This document shows, piece after piece, positions 7,962-17,427 of a stretch of 64,000 nucleotides of DNA; the stretch's first letter is position 1, and every line of letters begins with the position of its first letter. Under the pieces are notes generated by a model that worked only from the letters and a program-made list of their open reading frames with translations, searched no databases and had not been told where the DNA came from. The position numbers and the translations under genes are program-made. The stretch is from a virus (taxonomy: Duplodnaviria; Caudoviricetes): positions 64,001 through 128,000 of the IMG/VR virus record IMGVR_UViG_3300028591_000072; one strand, 5' to 3'.

Positions 7962-9575
7962 ATGGATAACTATATTGTGAATCACGAACTAAACCAATAC
8001 GGCCAAATAGAAGGAATAGAATTCGATGGACTTATGCCAAAATTTATGGATGCCATTGGAGCAACAACAGGAAGTAGTGACAAATATAAGAAAATGTTTG
8101 AATTTTATCCAAACGGTTCAGATTCTTTAGAGGTCGTTGACATTGATAAAATAATGGAGAACGGCAATAGCAGTGATTCTGGTGATGATAGCGGTGAAGA
8201 AACCGTTATAGTAAAACCAGAACCAACTGAAAACACTGAAGAACAACAAGCAATAGAAAACGAGATTTCAAATGCGCTAACTAGTGAAGACGGAGGAACA
8301 AAAGCATATAGTGCTGTATATGATGAAGTTAATAACTTAACAATCCCATCAGATTCATTGCGTAGTGCAACTATAAGCGGAAATGTACAAAATGGGGCAA
8401 CAATTACAAACGAATCAACAGGAAAATACTTAACTTTAAATAACACAAGTGAAACTCCAACAGATGTAAATGTAATCACAAATGGCGGTGCTGTATATTT
8501 AAGAGGTGAATATGATGACATTTACTTGGAAGGAAATGGGCTTAAAGTTTCAAGTTCAATTTATCCAAATGTACACGGAACTGTTTCTGTTGCCGATACA
8601 GACCAACCAGTTGCATTAACACTTAATTTCGTTGGAGATGACTGTGGCGTAAATTATTTAGGTGAAAACGAACTTACAATAAGTGACGGTGTTGCTGATG
8701 TCCTTGGAAGCCCAACAATATATGCACCAAATTCAAGCGTAAAAATGGGAGGAAAATATGATGAAGTTACCGCAACTGTCAGTGAAAACACTCTCATATT
8801 AAACAATGGTTTCCACGCAAACAAACTTACTGTTTTGAAAGGAAATGTTCTTCTTAATGGTGTTGACATAAATGACTTTGTTGAAGAATTAATTATGCAC
8901 GATGGCAGTGAGGTTATATATGCAGAATATCATGTATCACAAAGTAGCAATTCAAAACTTATGGGTTCATCACCAGCAAATGGAAAAATAATTCTTGACA
9001 CAGACATTGAATTAACTAAAGGACGTGCATATTCAGTACTTGCCGGCGGAAAAGAAGTCGTTGACCTTAACGGTCACACTTGGAGATGCGGAGATACAAG
9101 AACAGCTGATTCAAACCTTGGCTCATATTATCTCAGGGGTGGCAACATAAACGTAACATTGATGGATTCTGTTGGAGGCGGAGTTTTTGAAAATAACCAT
9201 GCAGATTACCTTGTTTTCTCAAATGGTGCTAACGTTGTTGTAAACGTAATGTCAGGAGAATATCGTGGATATACGCACACACTTTATGCATTGCAAGGAA
9301 CTATTAATGTTTATGGTGGAACTTTCAAACTCCTTAACGCTGACACAGCAGAAAGAGATGCTAATGGAAATCTCAAGTTCTTACTAAACTGTTATGATGC
9401 AAATTATACAGCAGGTACTGCAAAGATAAATGTATATGGCGGTAAGTTCTATGAATTCAACCCTGCTGTTACTTATGGAGAGCCGGGTGGCCCTGTAAGT
9501 TATGTAGCACAAGGCTATAAAGTTATCGAAAGCACAGAAAACGGAGTTAAGGTATACGAAGTTGTACCTGAATAA
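7962..9575 (+). CDS. Late protein, probable virion surface protein with beta-helix-like C-terminal region
   Basis: Late motif at 7923; N/G/T/V-rich with GxINVYGGxF repeats; start moved to ATG 7962. Confidence 0.55.
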   Translation: MDNYIVNHELNQYGQIEGIEFDGLMPKFMDAIGATTGSSDKYKKMFEFYPNGSDSLEVVDIDKIMENGNSSDSGDDSGEETVIVKPEPTENTEEQQAIENEISNALTSEDGGTKAYSAVYDEVNNLTIPSDSLRSATISGNVQNGATITNESTGKYLTLNNTSETPTDVNVITNGGAVYLRGEYDDIYLEGNGLKVSSSIYPNVHGTVSVADTDQPVALTLNFVGDDCGVNYLGENELTISDGVADVLGSPTIYAPNSSVKMGGKYDEVTATVSENTLILNNGFHANKLTVLKGNVLLNGVDINDFVEELIMHDGSEVIYAEYHVSQSSNSKLMGSSPANGKIILDTDIELTKGRAYSVLAGGKEVVDLNGHTWRCGDTRTADSNLGSYYLRGGNINVTLMDSVGGGVFENNHADYLVFSNGANVVVNVMSGEYRGYTHTLYALQGTINVYGGTFKLLNADTAERDANGNLKFLLNCYDANYTAGTAKINVYGGKFYEFNPAVTYGEPGGPVSYVAQGYKVIESTENGVKVYEVVPE

Positions 9576-9607
9576 TGTTGTTTCATTTAAAAGATTTTTT
9601 ATTTTAG

Positions 9608-9636
9608 AAGTCAGTCAGAAATGGCTGACTTTTTTT
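9608..9636 (+). terminator. Terminator of the repeated AAGTCAG...CTGACTT family
   Basis: aagtcagtc-agaaat-ggctgactt plus T-run. Confidence 0.75.
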
Positions 9637-9678
9637 ATTAATTCATTAAACTATTTATAAATGATAATTTGTCTATAA

Positions 9679-9942
9679 ATGAAAACAATATATATAACAA
9701 AAGAACAAATAGATAAAATAAAAGACTTTGAATTATTGTCAGAAAACAAAGTTCCATCGGCACAAGACCAAGTTAAAAACAAGGTGAATGCAGGTGTTAT
9801 GGATGCTGTTACGGCATGTGGAACTATGGAAGAAGGAGCTGAGCCTGAATCAAAAACATACGAGTTAGGTAAAGAAAAAAACGGTGATTATTATCACATA
9901 AACGAGGAAGAAATTAATTTTTTACTTAAAACTCTGTTTTAA
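9679..9942 (+). CDS. Small late protein with shared leader
   Basis: MKTIYITKEQ...LLSE; late motif at 9650. Confidence 0.65.
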   Translation: MKTIYITKEQIDKIKDFELLSENKVPSAQDQVKNKVNAGVMDAVTACGTMEEGAEPESKTYELGKEKNGDYYHINEEEINFLLKTLF

Positions 9943-10025
9943 ACAAAAAATATTCACCAAAAAGACATTCTTAGTTTTTATTAAAAAAATTACACTTAAA
10001 GAAGAACTATTACAAGGAATTAAAA

Positions 10026-11357
10026 ATGAACAAAAAAGAATACAGCATATTTATAAAAGCATCAAAAAGCATTCTTGATTTTATGGAAAAAAACGGAGAA
10101 CAAGTATCACCGTTCCCAAAAATAACATTAAACAATTCAGAACAAGATGGTATTTTTATAAAAACAGGATATTATTCACCATCCGAAAATGAAGTTGTAA
10201 TTTTTGTTAATAATAGAAATATAAAAGACTGCCTTAGAAGTGTTTCACATGAATTTATACATCATATACAAAACATAAGAGGAACAAAATTAAATTTTTC
10301 ATCAGAAGATAATGTAAAAGACAATAAAGACCTAGAAAAAATAGAAGCTGAAGCATATCTAAAAGGAAACATATATTTTAGGAAATGGACTGAATATATG
10401 AAAAAAAAGTATGAACCATCACTTTTAAAAGAATCAAAAACAATATTGAATGATGAAGGCGAAGTTGTTCCAGATAATTGTACTTGTGGAGGAAAAATTG
10501 GAACTTACATTTGTGGCGAACCAATTTACAAATGCACTAAATGCGGTAAATATTATGGAACTGTGAAGTTTGGATTGGATGAATCAAAAGTGTTTGATGA
10601 AACAAACCCTGAAGATGTTGATTTATCATCATTCAACATTAAAAGAGAGCTTAACCCAAAATTTTGGAAGAACAATTTGCTTGATTCAAGAATTAGATTA
10701 AAACTTCTTGATATCGCTGAAGATTTCATTGATTTCTTAGGTGTTGATTGGGTTAAGCCTGACGATATTATTATGACGGGTTCATTAGCCAATTTTAATT
10801 GGAACAAAAAATACTCAGATATAGATTTACACGTTTTGATGGATTTTTCAAAAGTTGATAAAAGAACTGATTTTGTTAAAAAATATTTTGATTCATTAAA
10901 AAACCAATGGAATGAAGAACACGGTGATTTGAAGATTTTCGGGTTTCCCGTTGAGGTATATGTACAAGACACAAACGAAGAACACGCTTCAAGTGGCGTT
11001 TATTCATTGGATAAAAACGAGTGGCTAACGGAGCCAAAGAGAGAAAAGTTAGCAAATGCAAAAGTAAACAAATCGCTTATACGTTCAAAGGTTGCAAAAT
11101 ACATTGATTATATTGATGAATTATATAACGAATACAAAGAAAAGTCCAATGATGAATATAAAATAGAAAAAATATCAAAGGCAGCAAATAAATTATGGGA
11201 TGCAATAAAGAACGAAAGAAAGAGTGAACTTAACAACGGAAAATCAGAAATATCAAATGGAAATATAGTCTTCAAATGTTTACGAAGATTAAATTATCTT
11301 GATAAGTTATACAACTTAAAAACGCAAACATATGATAATTTGAATAGTTTGCCTTAA
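10026..11357 (+). CDS. Multidomain protein: HExxH metallopeptidase-like, Zn ribbon, Pol-beta-superfamily nucleotidyltransferase
   Basis: SHEFIHH..EAEAY; CTCGG..CTKCG; TGSLAN..SDIDLH..VEVYVQD. Confidence 0.75.
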   Translation: MNKKEYSIFIKASKSILDFMEKNGEQVSPFPKITLNNSEQDGIFIKTGYYSPSENEVVIFVNNRNIKDCLRSVSHEFIHHIQNIRGTKLNFSSEDNVKDNKDLEKIEAEAYLKGNIYFRKWTEYMKKKYEPSLLKESKTILNDEGEVVPDNCTCGGKIGTYICGEPIYKCTKCGKYYGTVKFGLDESKVFDETNPEDVDLSSFNIKRELNPKFWKNNLLDSRIRLKLLDIAEDFIDFLGVDWVKPDDIIMTGSLANFNWNKKYSDIDLHVLMDFSKVDKRTDFVKKYFDSLKNQWNEEHGDLKIFGFPVEVYVQDTNEEHASSGVYSLDKNEWLTEPKREKLANAKVNKSLIRSKVAKYIDYIDELYNEYKEKSNDEYKIEKISKAANKLWDAIKNERKSELNNGKSEISNGNIVFKCLRRLNYLDKLYNLKTQTYDNLNSLP

Positions 11358-11424
11358 TTTTTTTTATTTTAATTGCTATTTATATGAAAAAAAGGAAAAT
11401 AATTCGATAAAAACAAAATAAGAT

Positions 11425-13098
11425 ATGTCAAGTTTTGAAGAAACTCTTGCTAGGATGAAAGGTCTTTATACCTATGGAAAAGAATTAAATGAAGGTAATG
11501 ACCTTAAAACACATACGTTAGAATACCATGCAATTGCAGCAGATGGCAAAAGCTATGGAATCATAAAAGAATGTAACAAATACTATATTAAATCAGCTCC
11601 TAAAGAAAAAGAAATGGTCGCTGAATCTTATGAATATCTTGGTGGATTTTGCAATAAGAAAAATTATGAATATAGCAGTTACGCAAACGCATTAAAGAAC
11701 TTTGAATTAAAAATGGCTTCAATTAACGAAGCTTGTGAAGGCAATGTCAACATTTCTACTTTAGACCCATTCAAAAAAGAAGAATTCTTGGTTGAATGTA
11801 CTGATAGAATGAAAAACGAAATTGCACGTCAAAGGCAAATTATGTACAACGCATCAATGATTATGAATGAAGCAAATGAAATTGGTGCTTCAAATAATGA
11901 CAACGTTGTTAAATATAACGGTACAAATCCTGAAACACCAAAGAAAAATGGTAATTCAATCAATGATGGCACTGATGCAAAAGTAGTTGACCAAGATAAA
12001 GTTAAAGGATTTAGCGGAAATAATCCGCACGAAAAGAAGACAAGTGGCCCCTACACTGAAAACCCATCAAAGGTAAATGAAGGTGCTTGCTGTGGAAAAT
12101 GTGGTAAAAACCCATGTGAATGCCAAAACTGCAACGAAGAAGCAGGCGACATTAGCGATGAACCATTAATGCCTAACACAAGAAATTGGGCAGGCCCAAA
12201 AATGGGTGCAAGTGAGCCAGACAAAATAGGTTGGGACATGGATGGACAAGAAAAAGTAAATGAAGAAACCAAAGAATGGGATGAAGGTTTACCGGGTTCA
12301 GCAGGTATTGGTGAGCCAGATACAGACCACAACAATGACCCATTTAATAAATCAATAAACGAGGGTGAAGAAGATTTTGATAACGAAGATAGCGAAAATC
12401 CTGAAGCAGACGATGATTCATTTGATTTAGGTGGAGACGAATTTGGTGACGAAACTGAAGAGTTTGGAGATGACGAACTTGGTGACGAAACTGAAGAGTT
12501 TGGAGATAACGAACTTGGTGACGAAACAGGCGAATTTGACGATGAAGAATTAACTGACGAACCTTCAGAAGATGAAGACCTAAGAAGTGAAATCGAATCA
12601 TTAAAGGCTGAAATTGAATCACTAAAAGCACAAATTAACGGAGAAGACACAGATAGTTTTGATAACACTGAAGATGAAGAAGATTTTAACAATGATTATG
12701 AATTTAGTGGAGAAGACGGAGAAGATTTTTCAACAGAAGGTGAAGTTGATGAATGCGGAGATTTCCAACAAAGTATGATGGAAGGAAAAAGAGCAAAAAT
12801 GGATAGTATAGTTGAATCTGTCGTTAAATCAATATTGAAAGAAGACGAACTCCACGTGTTTGGAAAGCACCCTGGCTACAGAAAGAAACCTATGGAACTT
12901 CCAACAACAGGTGAAGACCAAAACCAATGGGGCAGAGATTGGAATGATGAAAGTGTACACAGTGAAGAACCATTTGGAAAACAAATCGGTAATGGTGACC
13001 CATTTACACAATTGGTAAATGCAGTTACAAAAGATGTTATGTACCAATTAAAGAAAGGTATTCCGATTGAAGGCGCAAATAAAAAAAAAGTGGACTGA
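11425..13098 (+). CDS. Acidic head-core/scaffold-like protein; probably extended by a -1 frameshift
   Basis: GCTATTTAT upstream; many (I/L/V)NE sites; acidic repeats; ends at an A9 slippery run. Confidence 0.65.
   Translation: MSSFEETLARMKGLYTYGKELNEGNDLKTHTLEYHAIAADGKSYGIIKECNKYYIKSAPKEKEMVAESYEYLGGFCNKKNYEYSSYANALKNFELKMASINEACEGNVNISTLDPFKKEEFLVECTDRMKNEIARQRQIMYNASMIMNEANEIGASNNDNVVKYNGTNPETPKKNGNSINDGTDAKVVDQDKVKGFSGNNPHEKKTSGPYTENPSKVNEGACCGKCGKNPCECQNCNEEAGDISDEPLMPNTRNWAGPKMGASEPDKIGWDMDGQEKVNEETKEWDEGLPGSAGIGEPDTDHNNDPFNKSINEGEEDFDNEDSENPEADDDSFDLGGDEFGDETEEFGDDELGDETEEFGDNELGDETGEFDDEELTDEPSEDEDLRSEIESLKAEIESLKAQINGEDTDSFDNTEDEEDFNNDYEFSGEDGEDFSTEGEVDECGDFQQSMMEGKRAKMDSIVESVVKSILKEDELHVFGKHPGYRKKPMELPTTGEDQNQWGRDWNDESVHSEEPFGKQIGNGDPFTQLVNAVTKDVMYQLKKGIPIEGANKKKVD
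12436..12549 (+). repeat. Tandem 36-bp coding repeat (GDETEEFGD(D/N)EL, about 3 copies)
   Basis: ggtgacgaaactgaagagtttggagat(g/a)acgaactt repeated. Confidence 0.85.
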
Positions 13099-13111
13099 AT
13101 GAAAATTCAGT
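13081..13111 (+). promoter_or_regulatory. Putative -1 frameshift signal (A9 run plus GAAA-capped hairpin)
   Basis: A13081-13089; stem actgaat/attcagt 13094-13111 with GAAA loop; -1 frame open to 13652. Confidence 0.6.
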
Positions 13112-13652
13112 AGACGAAAAAACATTCTTAAAATTAAATAACGCATCATCCGTTGGTGGCGATATGCAACAACCCATGGATGATGCTTCTTTTCAACAAG
13201 AACCAAGTATGATTGGTAGCGGACCTAACGCTATGGGTATGGACACAAGTATGGAAGATGGCAACCCTAACGCTATGGATATGGGCCAAAATATGGCAGG
13301 TAGTGACCAAAACGCAATGGGTTATGACCCAAACGCAATGGGTGGTGACCAAAGCGGTGAAGGTTCTGATGATACAACGTCAATAATAAGCCAATTAAGC
13401 GATACTGATAAAGAAGCTGTAAGGTCTTATGCGAAAAGTATGTTAAATAAGAGTGATTCACAACAAGAAAACGGGGATGCGGATAATCAACCAATGATGG
13501 AATCAGTTGTTTTCACAAAAAAGCAATTAAACAAAATACAAGAAAATTTTGGCCCATCTCAAGACGAATTGATGAAAAAAAACGACAGAAAAGTACTGCC
13601 AAAAAAAATATCAAAATCAGGAAGTTCTCCATTTAATTCCCCATTCGCATAA
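13089..13652 (+). CDS. Frameshift extension (or independent ORF from ATG 13164) with PNAMG repeats
   Basis: Open from the A-run: SGLNENSVDEKTFLKLN...MQQP; internal FTKKQLNKIQE leader-like motif. Confidence 0.65.
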   Translation, partial: SGLNENSVDEKTFLKLNNASSVGGDMQQPMDDASFQQEPSMIGSGPNAMGMDTSMEDGNPNAMDMGQNMAGSDQNAMGYDPNAMGGDQSGEGSDDTTSIISQLSDTDKEAVRSYAKSMLNKSDSQQENGDADNQPMMESVVFTKKQLNKIQENFGPSQDELMKKNDRKVLPKKISKSGSSPFNSPFA

Positions 13653-13676
13653 AAACAAACACACTAACAATTAAAT

Positions 13677-13702
13677 GAGCGTCTAAATGACGCTCTTTTT
13701 TT
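13677..13702 (+). terminator. Intrinsic terminator
   Basis: gagcgtc-taaat-gacgctc plus T7. Confidence 0.8.
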
Positions 13703-13739
13703 ATTTTAATAAAACTATTTATTATAAAATTGTTTTTAA

Positions 13740-14213
13740 ATGGCAAGTATTAAAAGAATTATATTGACAAGGAAGCAATTGAACGAAGTTTTAAAAGAGG
13801 AAAACACGACAACTGTTCAATTAAACACGACCGGAAACACAATAACGTCATTGACAAATGCAGTGACAAGCAATCAGCCCGAAATAAATAACGCAGGAAA
13901 ATACGGAGATGTTAATTTACACATATCAAACCAAAAGCTAGTTGGCTCGAATGATTCAGTCCCGACACAGCACGTTGAGGTCGAAAAAGGGCAAAATGTA
14001 AACCAAGCAATACAACAGCAAGTAAACCCAACCGTTTTAAGTGACGGAGGTGATGTTGAAGTTTCCGGTGATGGAATATCTGAATATAAATCATTCTCAA
14101 AAAAGCAAATTGAAGAGGCACGTCTAAAAAAAATCCATGAAGGATATAAAACCACAAAAAGAAAATTAAAAGAACATTGGGAAGAAAAATGTCATCCCCG
14201 GAAGACGTTATAA
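13740..14213 (+). CDS. Late protein with shared leader
   Basis: MASIKRIILTRKQLNEVLKEE; late motif at 13714. Confidence 0.7.
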   Translation: MASIKRIILTRKQLNEVLKEENTTTVQLNTTGNTITSLTNAVTSNQPEINNAGKYGDVNLHISNQKLVGSNDSVPTQHVEVEKGQNVNQAIQQQVNPTVLSDGGDVEVSGDGISEYKSFSKKQIEEARLKKIHEGYKTTKRKLKEHWEEKCHPRKTL

Positions 14214-14353
14214 ACGAATATAAAATGCAAGAAAAGAAAACTTCATTACCAAAATATGCAACAGCAAGTAGATGGAGCAATTTGGACTATAAAAACTAAG
14301 GAGTTAGGTATTTATGGTATCATTTAATTACAAGACAAGACGAAAACAAAAAA

Positions 14354-15502
14354 ATGCTAAACGAAGGAATATTATATGATAAATTGCCTGAAGATATAAA
14401 ATTATCAATAATAAACAATGAAACATCTTTAGGAAACAATCCGGCAATACCGGATATATATGACATACCATTTTTATTGAAAATAGCAAACAAAAGATTT
14501 GAAGAAATAAAAAACACGCTTGTTGAAATTGGCGAAATTAACGATTTTGAAGATACTGACATAAATTCTATGTTAGCAAAATTAATTAACAAATGTATTG
14601 AAATAGAAAGGCCTTTTAGGAATAAATTAGAAAAACTTTGTGTTAATTATGTAATAGACACTTTTAATGTTCCTGAAGATAGTGTGCAAATCAACTTATC
14701 TTTATCAGATTCTATTGATTTAAATGCCCCGTCAATTATTGTTGACCCTGTAGACGGAGATGAGGATTTAGAATTTGATAGTGTTGATTCGGCATCAATG
14801 ATACGTGCTGAGGTATATAAAAGAAGAATATTGGAATCTTTATGCATGGGTGGAGCTATTTCATTATCTTCAAATATTGATTCGTATAAAGACAGCATAC
14901 AAGAAATATCTCCAGAATTATGTGAATTATACTATAAAATAATCGCATTAAACAACTATGCCCTATATATGAAAGAGGATATAGGAATTGACGATGAAAA
15001 CAAAAAGCAGCTTGGCACTGTGAATGTTGAATTTGGCGGAAGAGAACAACAAGTTAGAATAACAGCACAAGGTAAAATATTTCCTGTATTATTAAGTGAA
15101 ACATTACGTGGATTTATTGAATTATTTATATCGCACGGATTGCCAAAAGAAAAAAAATTGGCTGAAATAATAATTGGAAAATCAGATTTTTTGAAAGCGG
15201 AGCCTTGGGATATGAGAATAGGGCCAAGTTTGTGGATTCTATTTTCAAATTCGCTTAATGACGTAACTTTGGATGAATTGCCATATTTATTAAAAAGAAT
15301 TGCAACTCTTGATATTGAACAATTTAATTTTTTAATGAAAGAAGTGTTTGCAAAAACAAAAAAAGGAAAACAAATAATGTCAAAAATATGCAATAAGGCA
15401 AAAAACGACATAGAATATAGTAAATTTACAGATAAAATGTCTAAAATGAAATTAGATAAATCAATAATAACTGACGAGTTTATTAAAGAAGAAGAATTAT
15501 AA
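14354..15502 (+). CDS. Hypothetical protein in the head module
   Basis: 382-aa ORF upstream of the prohead protease; EPWDMRIGP. Confidence 0.7.
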   Translation: MLNEGILYDKLPEDIKLSIINNETSLGNNPAIPDIYDIPFLLKIANKRFEEIKNTLVEIGEINDFEDTDINSMLAKLINKCIEIERPFRNKLEKLCVNYVIDTFNVPEDSVQINLSLSDSIDLNAPSIIVDPVDGDEDLEFDSVDSASMIRAEVYKRRILESLCMGGAISLSSNIDSYKDSIQEISPELCELYYKIIALNNYALYMKEDIGIDDENKKQLGTVNVEFGGREQQVRITAQGKIFPVLLSETLRGFIELFISHGLPKEKKLAEIIIGKSDFLKAEPWDMRIGPSLWILFSNSLNDVTLDELPYLLKRIATLDIEQFNFLMKEVFAKTKKGKQIMSKICNKAKNDIEYSKFTDKMSKMKLDKSIITDEFIKEEEL

Positions 15503-15515
15503 ACAAATATATGCC

Positions 15516-17339
15516 ATGGAAAAAGGTAATTTAGTTGAAATTAAAAGAGGACAAACAGGCACTGGCCTTTTAATAGAAAATGACGGATATATTTCACCTG
15601 AAATCGGTGGAAACAAAAAACTTTTCGAAGACATAAACAACGGAAACATTAGTGATGATTTTCATTGCCCATATCCGTTTATTGTTTCTGCTGTTTTCCA
15701 AAAGTTCGGCATTGAAAACGCAAATGGAAGAATATATCCTGAAGAAATATTGAAGCGTGAAGTGCAAAAATATATGGAAAAAATTGCGGAAAAAAGAGCA
15801 ATAGGAGAATGCTATAGGCCAGAGGCAATGATTCTAACTGAAAAAGGGTGGAAACATTTATATGAAGTTTCAGAAGGGGAAAATGTATTAACATTAAATA
15901 CATTAACAAATGAAATTGAAATAAAACCAATAAAATCAATAACAAAATACAAATACAATGGAAATTTGATAAACATAAAAGGAAGACAAATCAATGACAT
16001 TGTAACACCTGACCACGGTTTTCCATTATATGATAGAAATAATAAATTTAAGAAGTTTGTAACAGCAAAAGAAATATCAGACTTTGACAATTTATCACAT
16101 TATTATATCCCAAAAACAGGAAATTGGATTGGAAGAAATGATGAATATATGATAATACCAAAAATAAATGAAAGCGAATTAGGTAAAAATATTCGTCACG
16201 ACTTAAAAGATAAATATACAACTGATTTAATTATACCAATGAACATCTTTGCAAAATTCATGGGTATATATCTTTCAGAGGGCTCACATTCAAAAAAAGA
16301 AAGTAAATCAAATAAAATTAACATTCACCAAAAAAAAGAAGAAATTTGTGAAGAAATACAAAAAATGCTTGAAGAATGGGGGATTAACTTTACAATTAAC
16401 ACTTCAAAAAAATCAGGATGTAAAACATTTGTTATAAATGACATGAGACTGTGCAAATACGTACAGCAATTTGGATTGTGCTATGACAAATTTGTCCCAT
16501 TTGAATTAAAACAGCAAAACAAGGAAATACTTAAAACTTTTTATGAATGGTTTGTTATGGGAGATGGCAGAATAAGGGGTGATAAACGAAGAAAAGACAT
16601 AAATTTATCAGATGATGTTTTTTCTACATCAAAACAATTGGCTATGGATTTAAACGAAATACAACTAAAAATTGGTTATTCAGGAACATTTTCAATTGAA
16701 AAAAGAAACAATGACAGAATAATAGAAGAAAACAGGGTTATTAAAGGTGAAAATTCGCACGAAATGTATTTCAGTTATAGGTCTTTGGTTAAAGGAATAT
16801 ATATAGATAAAAGATTCCTATCAACAAGCGAAATAGATTATGACGGAGATGTTATGTGTGTTGAAGTTGATAATCATGTTTGGTATGTAATGGATAATAA
16901 TAGATGCCATTGGACAAAAAACTGTAATCACCCAAGCGAATCTGTTATTGACCTTTCAAGAGTTGCCATAAACATAGTTGAATTACATTGGGAAGGGCAT
17001 ACTTTGGTTGGAAAACTTGAAATTATAACAAGTCCTGGTTTCAGAAAACATGGCATAATTTCTTGTCAAGGTGACCAAGTTGCCAATTTGATATTACAAG
17101 GTATTAAAATAGGTGTTTCATCAAGAGGTCTTGGTACTGTAACAAATAAAATGGGCACTTTATACGTTTCTGACGACTATGAGTGCCTATGTTGGGATGT
17201 GGTTAGTGACCCTAGTACCCCAGATGCTTGGATTACGCCTGAAGGCCAAATTCCGCAGCAATATATTGAAAGTAAAAAAGCCGAAAAAAACACAATTTTT
17301 GAAGAATTAGGTAAATTTTCGGATTGGCTAAATGAATAA
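15516..17339 (+). CDS. Prohead protease (T4 gp21-like) containing an intein
   Basis: NANGRIYP, GE|..|CNHP, IGVSSRGLG, DVVSDPSTPDA. Confidence 0.9.
   Translation: MEKGNLVEIKRGQTGTGLLIENDGYISPEIGGNKKLFEDINNGNISDDFHCPYPFIVSAVFQKFGIENANGRIYPEEILKREVQKYMEKIAEKRAIGECYRPEAMILTEKGWKHLYEVSEGENVLTLNTLTNEIEIKPIKSITKYKYNGNLINIKGRQINDIVTPDHGFPLYDRNNKFKKFVTAKEISDFDNLSHYYIPKTGNWIGRNDEYMIIPKINESELGKNIRHDLKDKYTTDLIIPMNIFAKFMGIYLSEGSHSKKESKSNKINIHQKKEEICEEIQKMLEEWGINFTINTSKKSGCKTFVINDMRLCKYVQQFGLCYDKFVPFELKQQNKEILKTFYEWFVMGDGRIRGDKRRKDINLSDDVFSTSKQLAMDLNEIQLKIGYSGTFSIEKRNNDRIIEENRVIKGENSHEMYFSYRSLVKGIYIDKRFLSTSEIDYDGDVMCVEVDNHVWYVMDNNRCHWTKNCNHPSESVIDLSRVAINIVELHWEGHTLVGKLEIITSPGFRKHGIISCQGDQVANLILQGIKIGVSSRGLGTVTNKMGTLYVSDDYECLCWDVVSDPSTPDAWITPEGQIPQQYIESKKAEKNTIFEELGKFSDWLNE
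15810..16922 (+). mobile_element. 371-aa intein with LAGLIDADG endonuclease in the prohead protease
   Basis: CYRPEAMILTEKGW start, VTPDH block B, FMGIYLSEGS / FVMGDGR, ends WTKN|C. Confidence 0.9.
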
Positions 17340-17427
17340 TTAACTTAATTTATTATCAGTTAATATATTTTTTCATTTTAAATGATATTTATTATTAAAA
17401 AATAACAATTAAAATTGCTAATCAATA

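Noticed and set aside
9943-10025. Frameshift or read-through joining 9679..9942 to 10026..11357
   Set aside because: The frame of the downstream gene has TAG at 9972 and TAA at 9927; no clean single event joins them
12436-12549. CRISPR-like array suggested by 36-bp periodicity
   Set aside because: Contiguous in-frame coding repeats without unique spacers; no cas genes seen
14189-14353. Small ORF 14189-14299 in frame with 14354..15502 across one TAA
   Set aside because: No supporting signal or recognisable motif; may be coincidence
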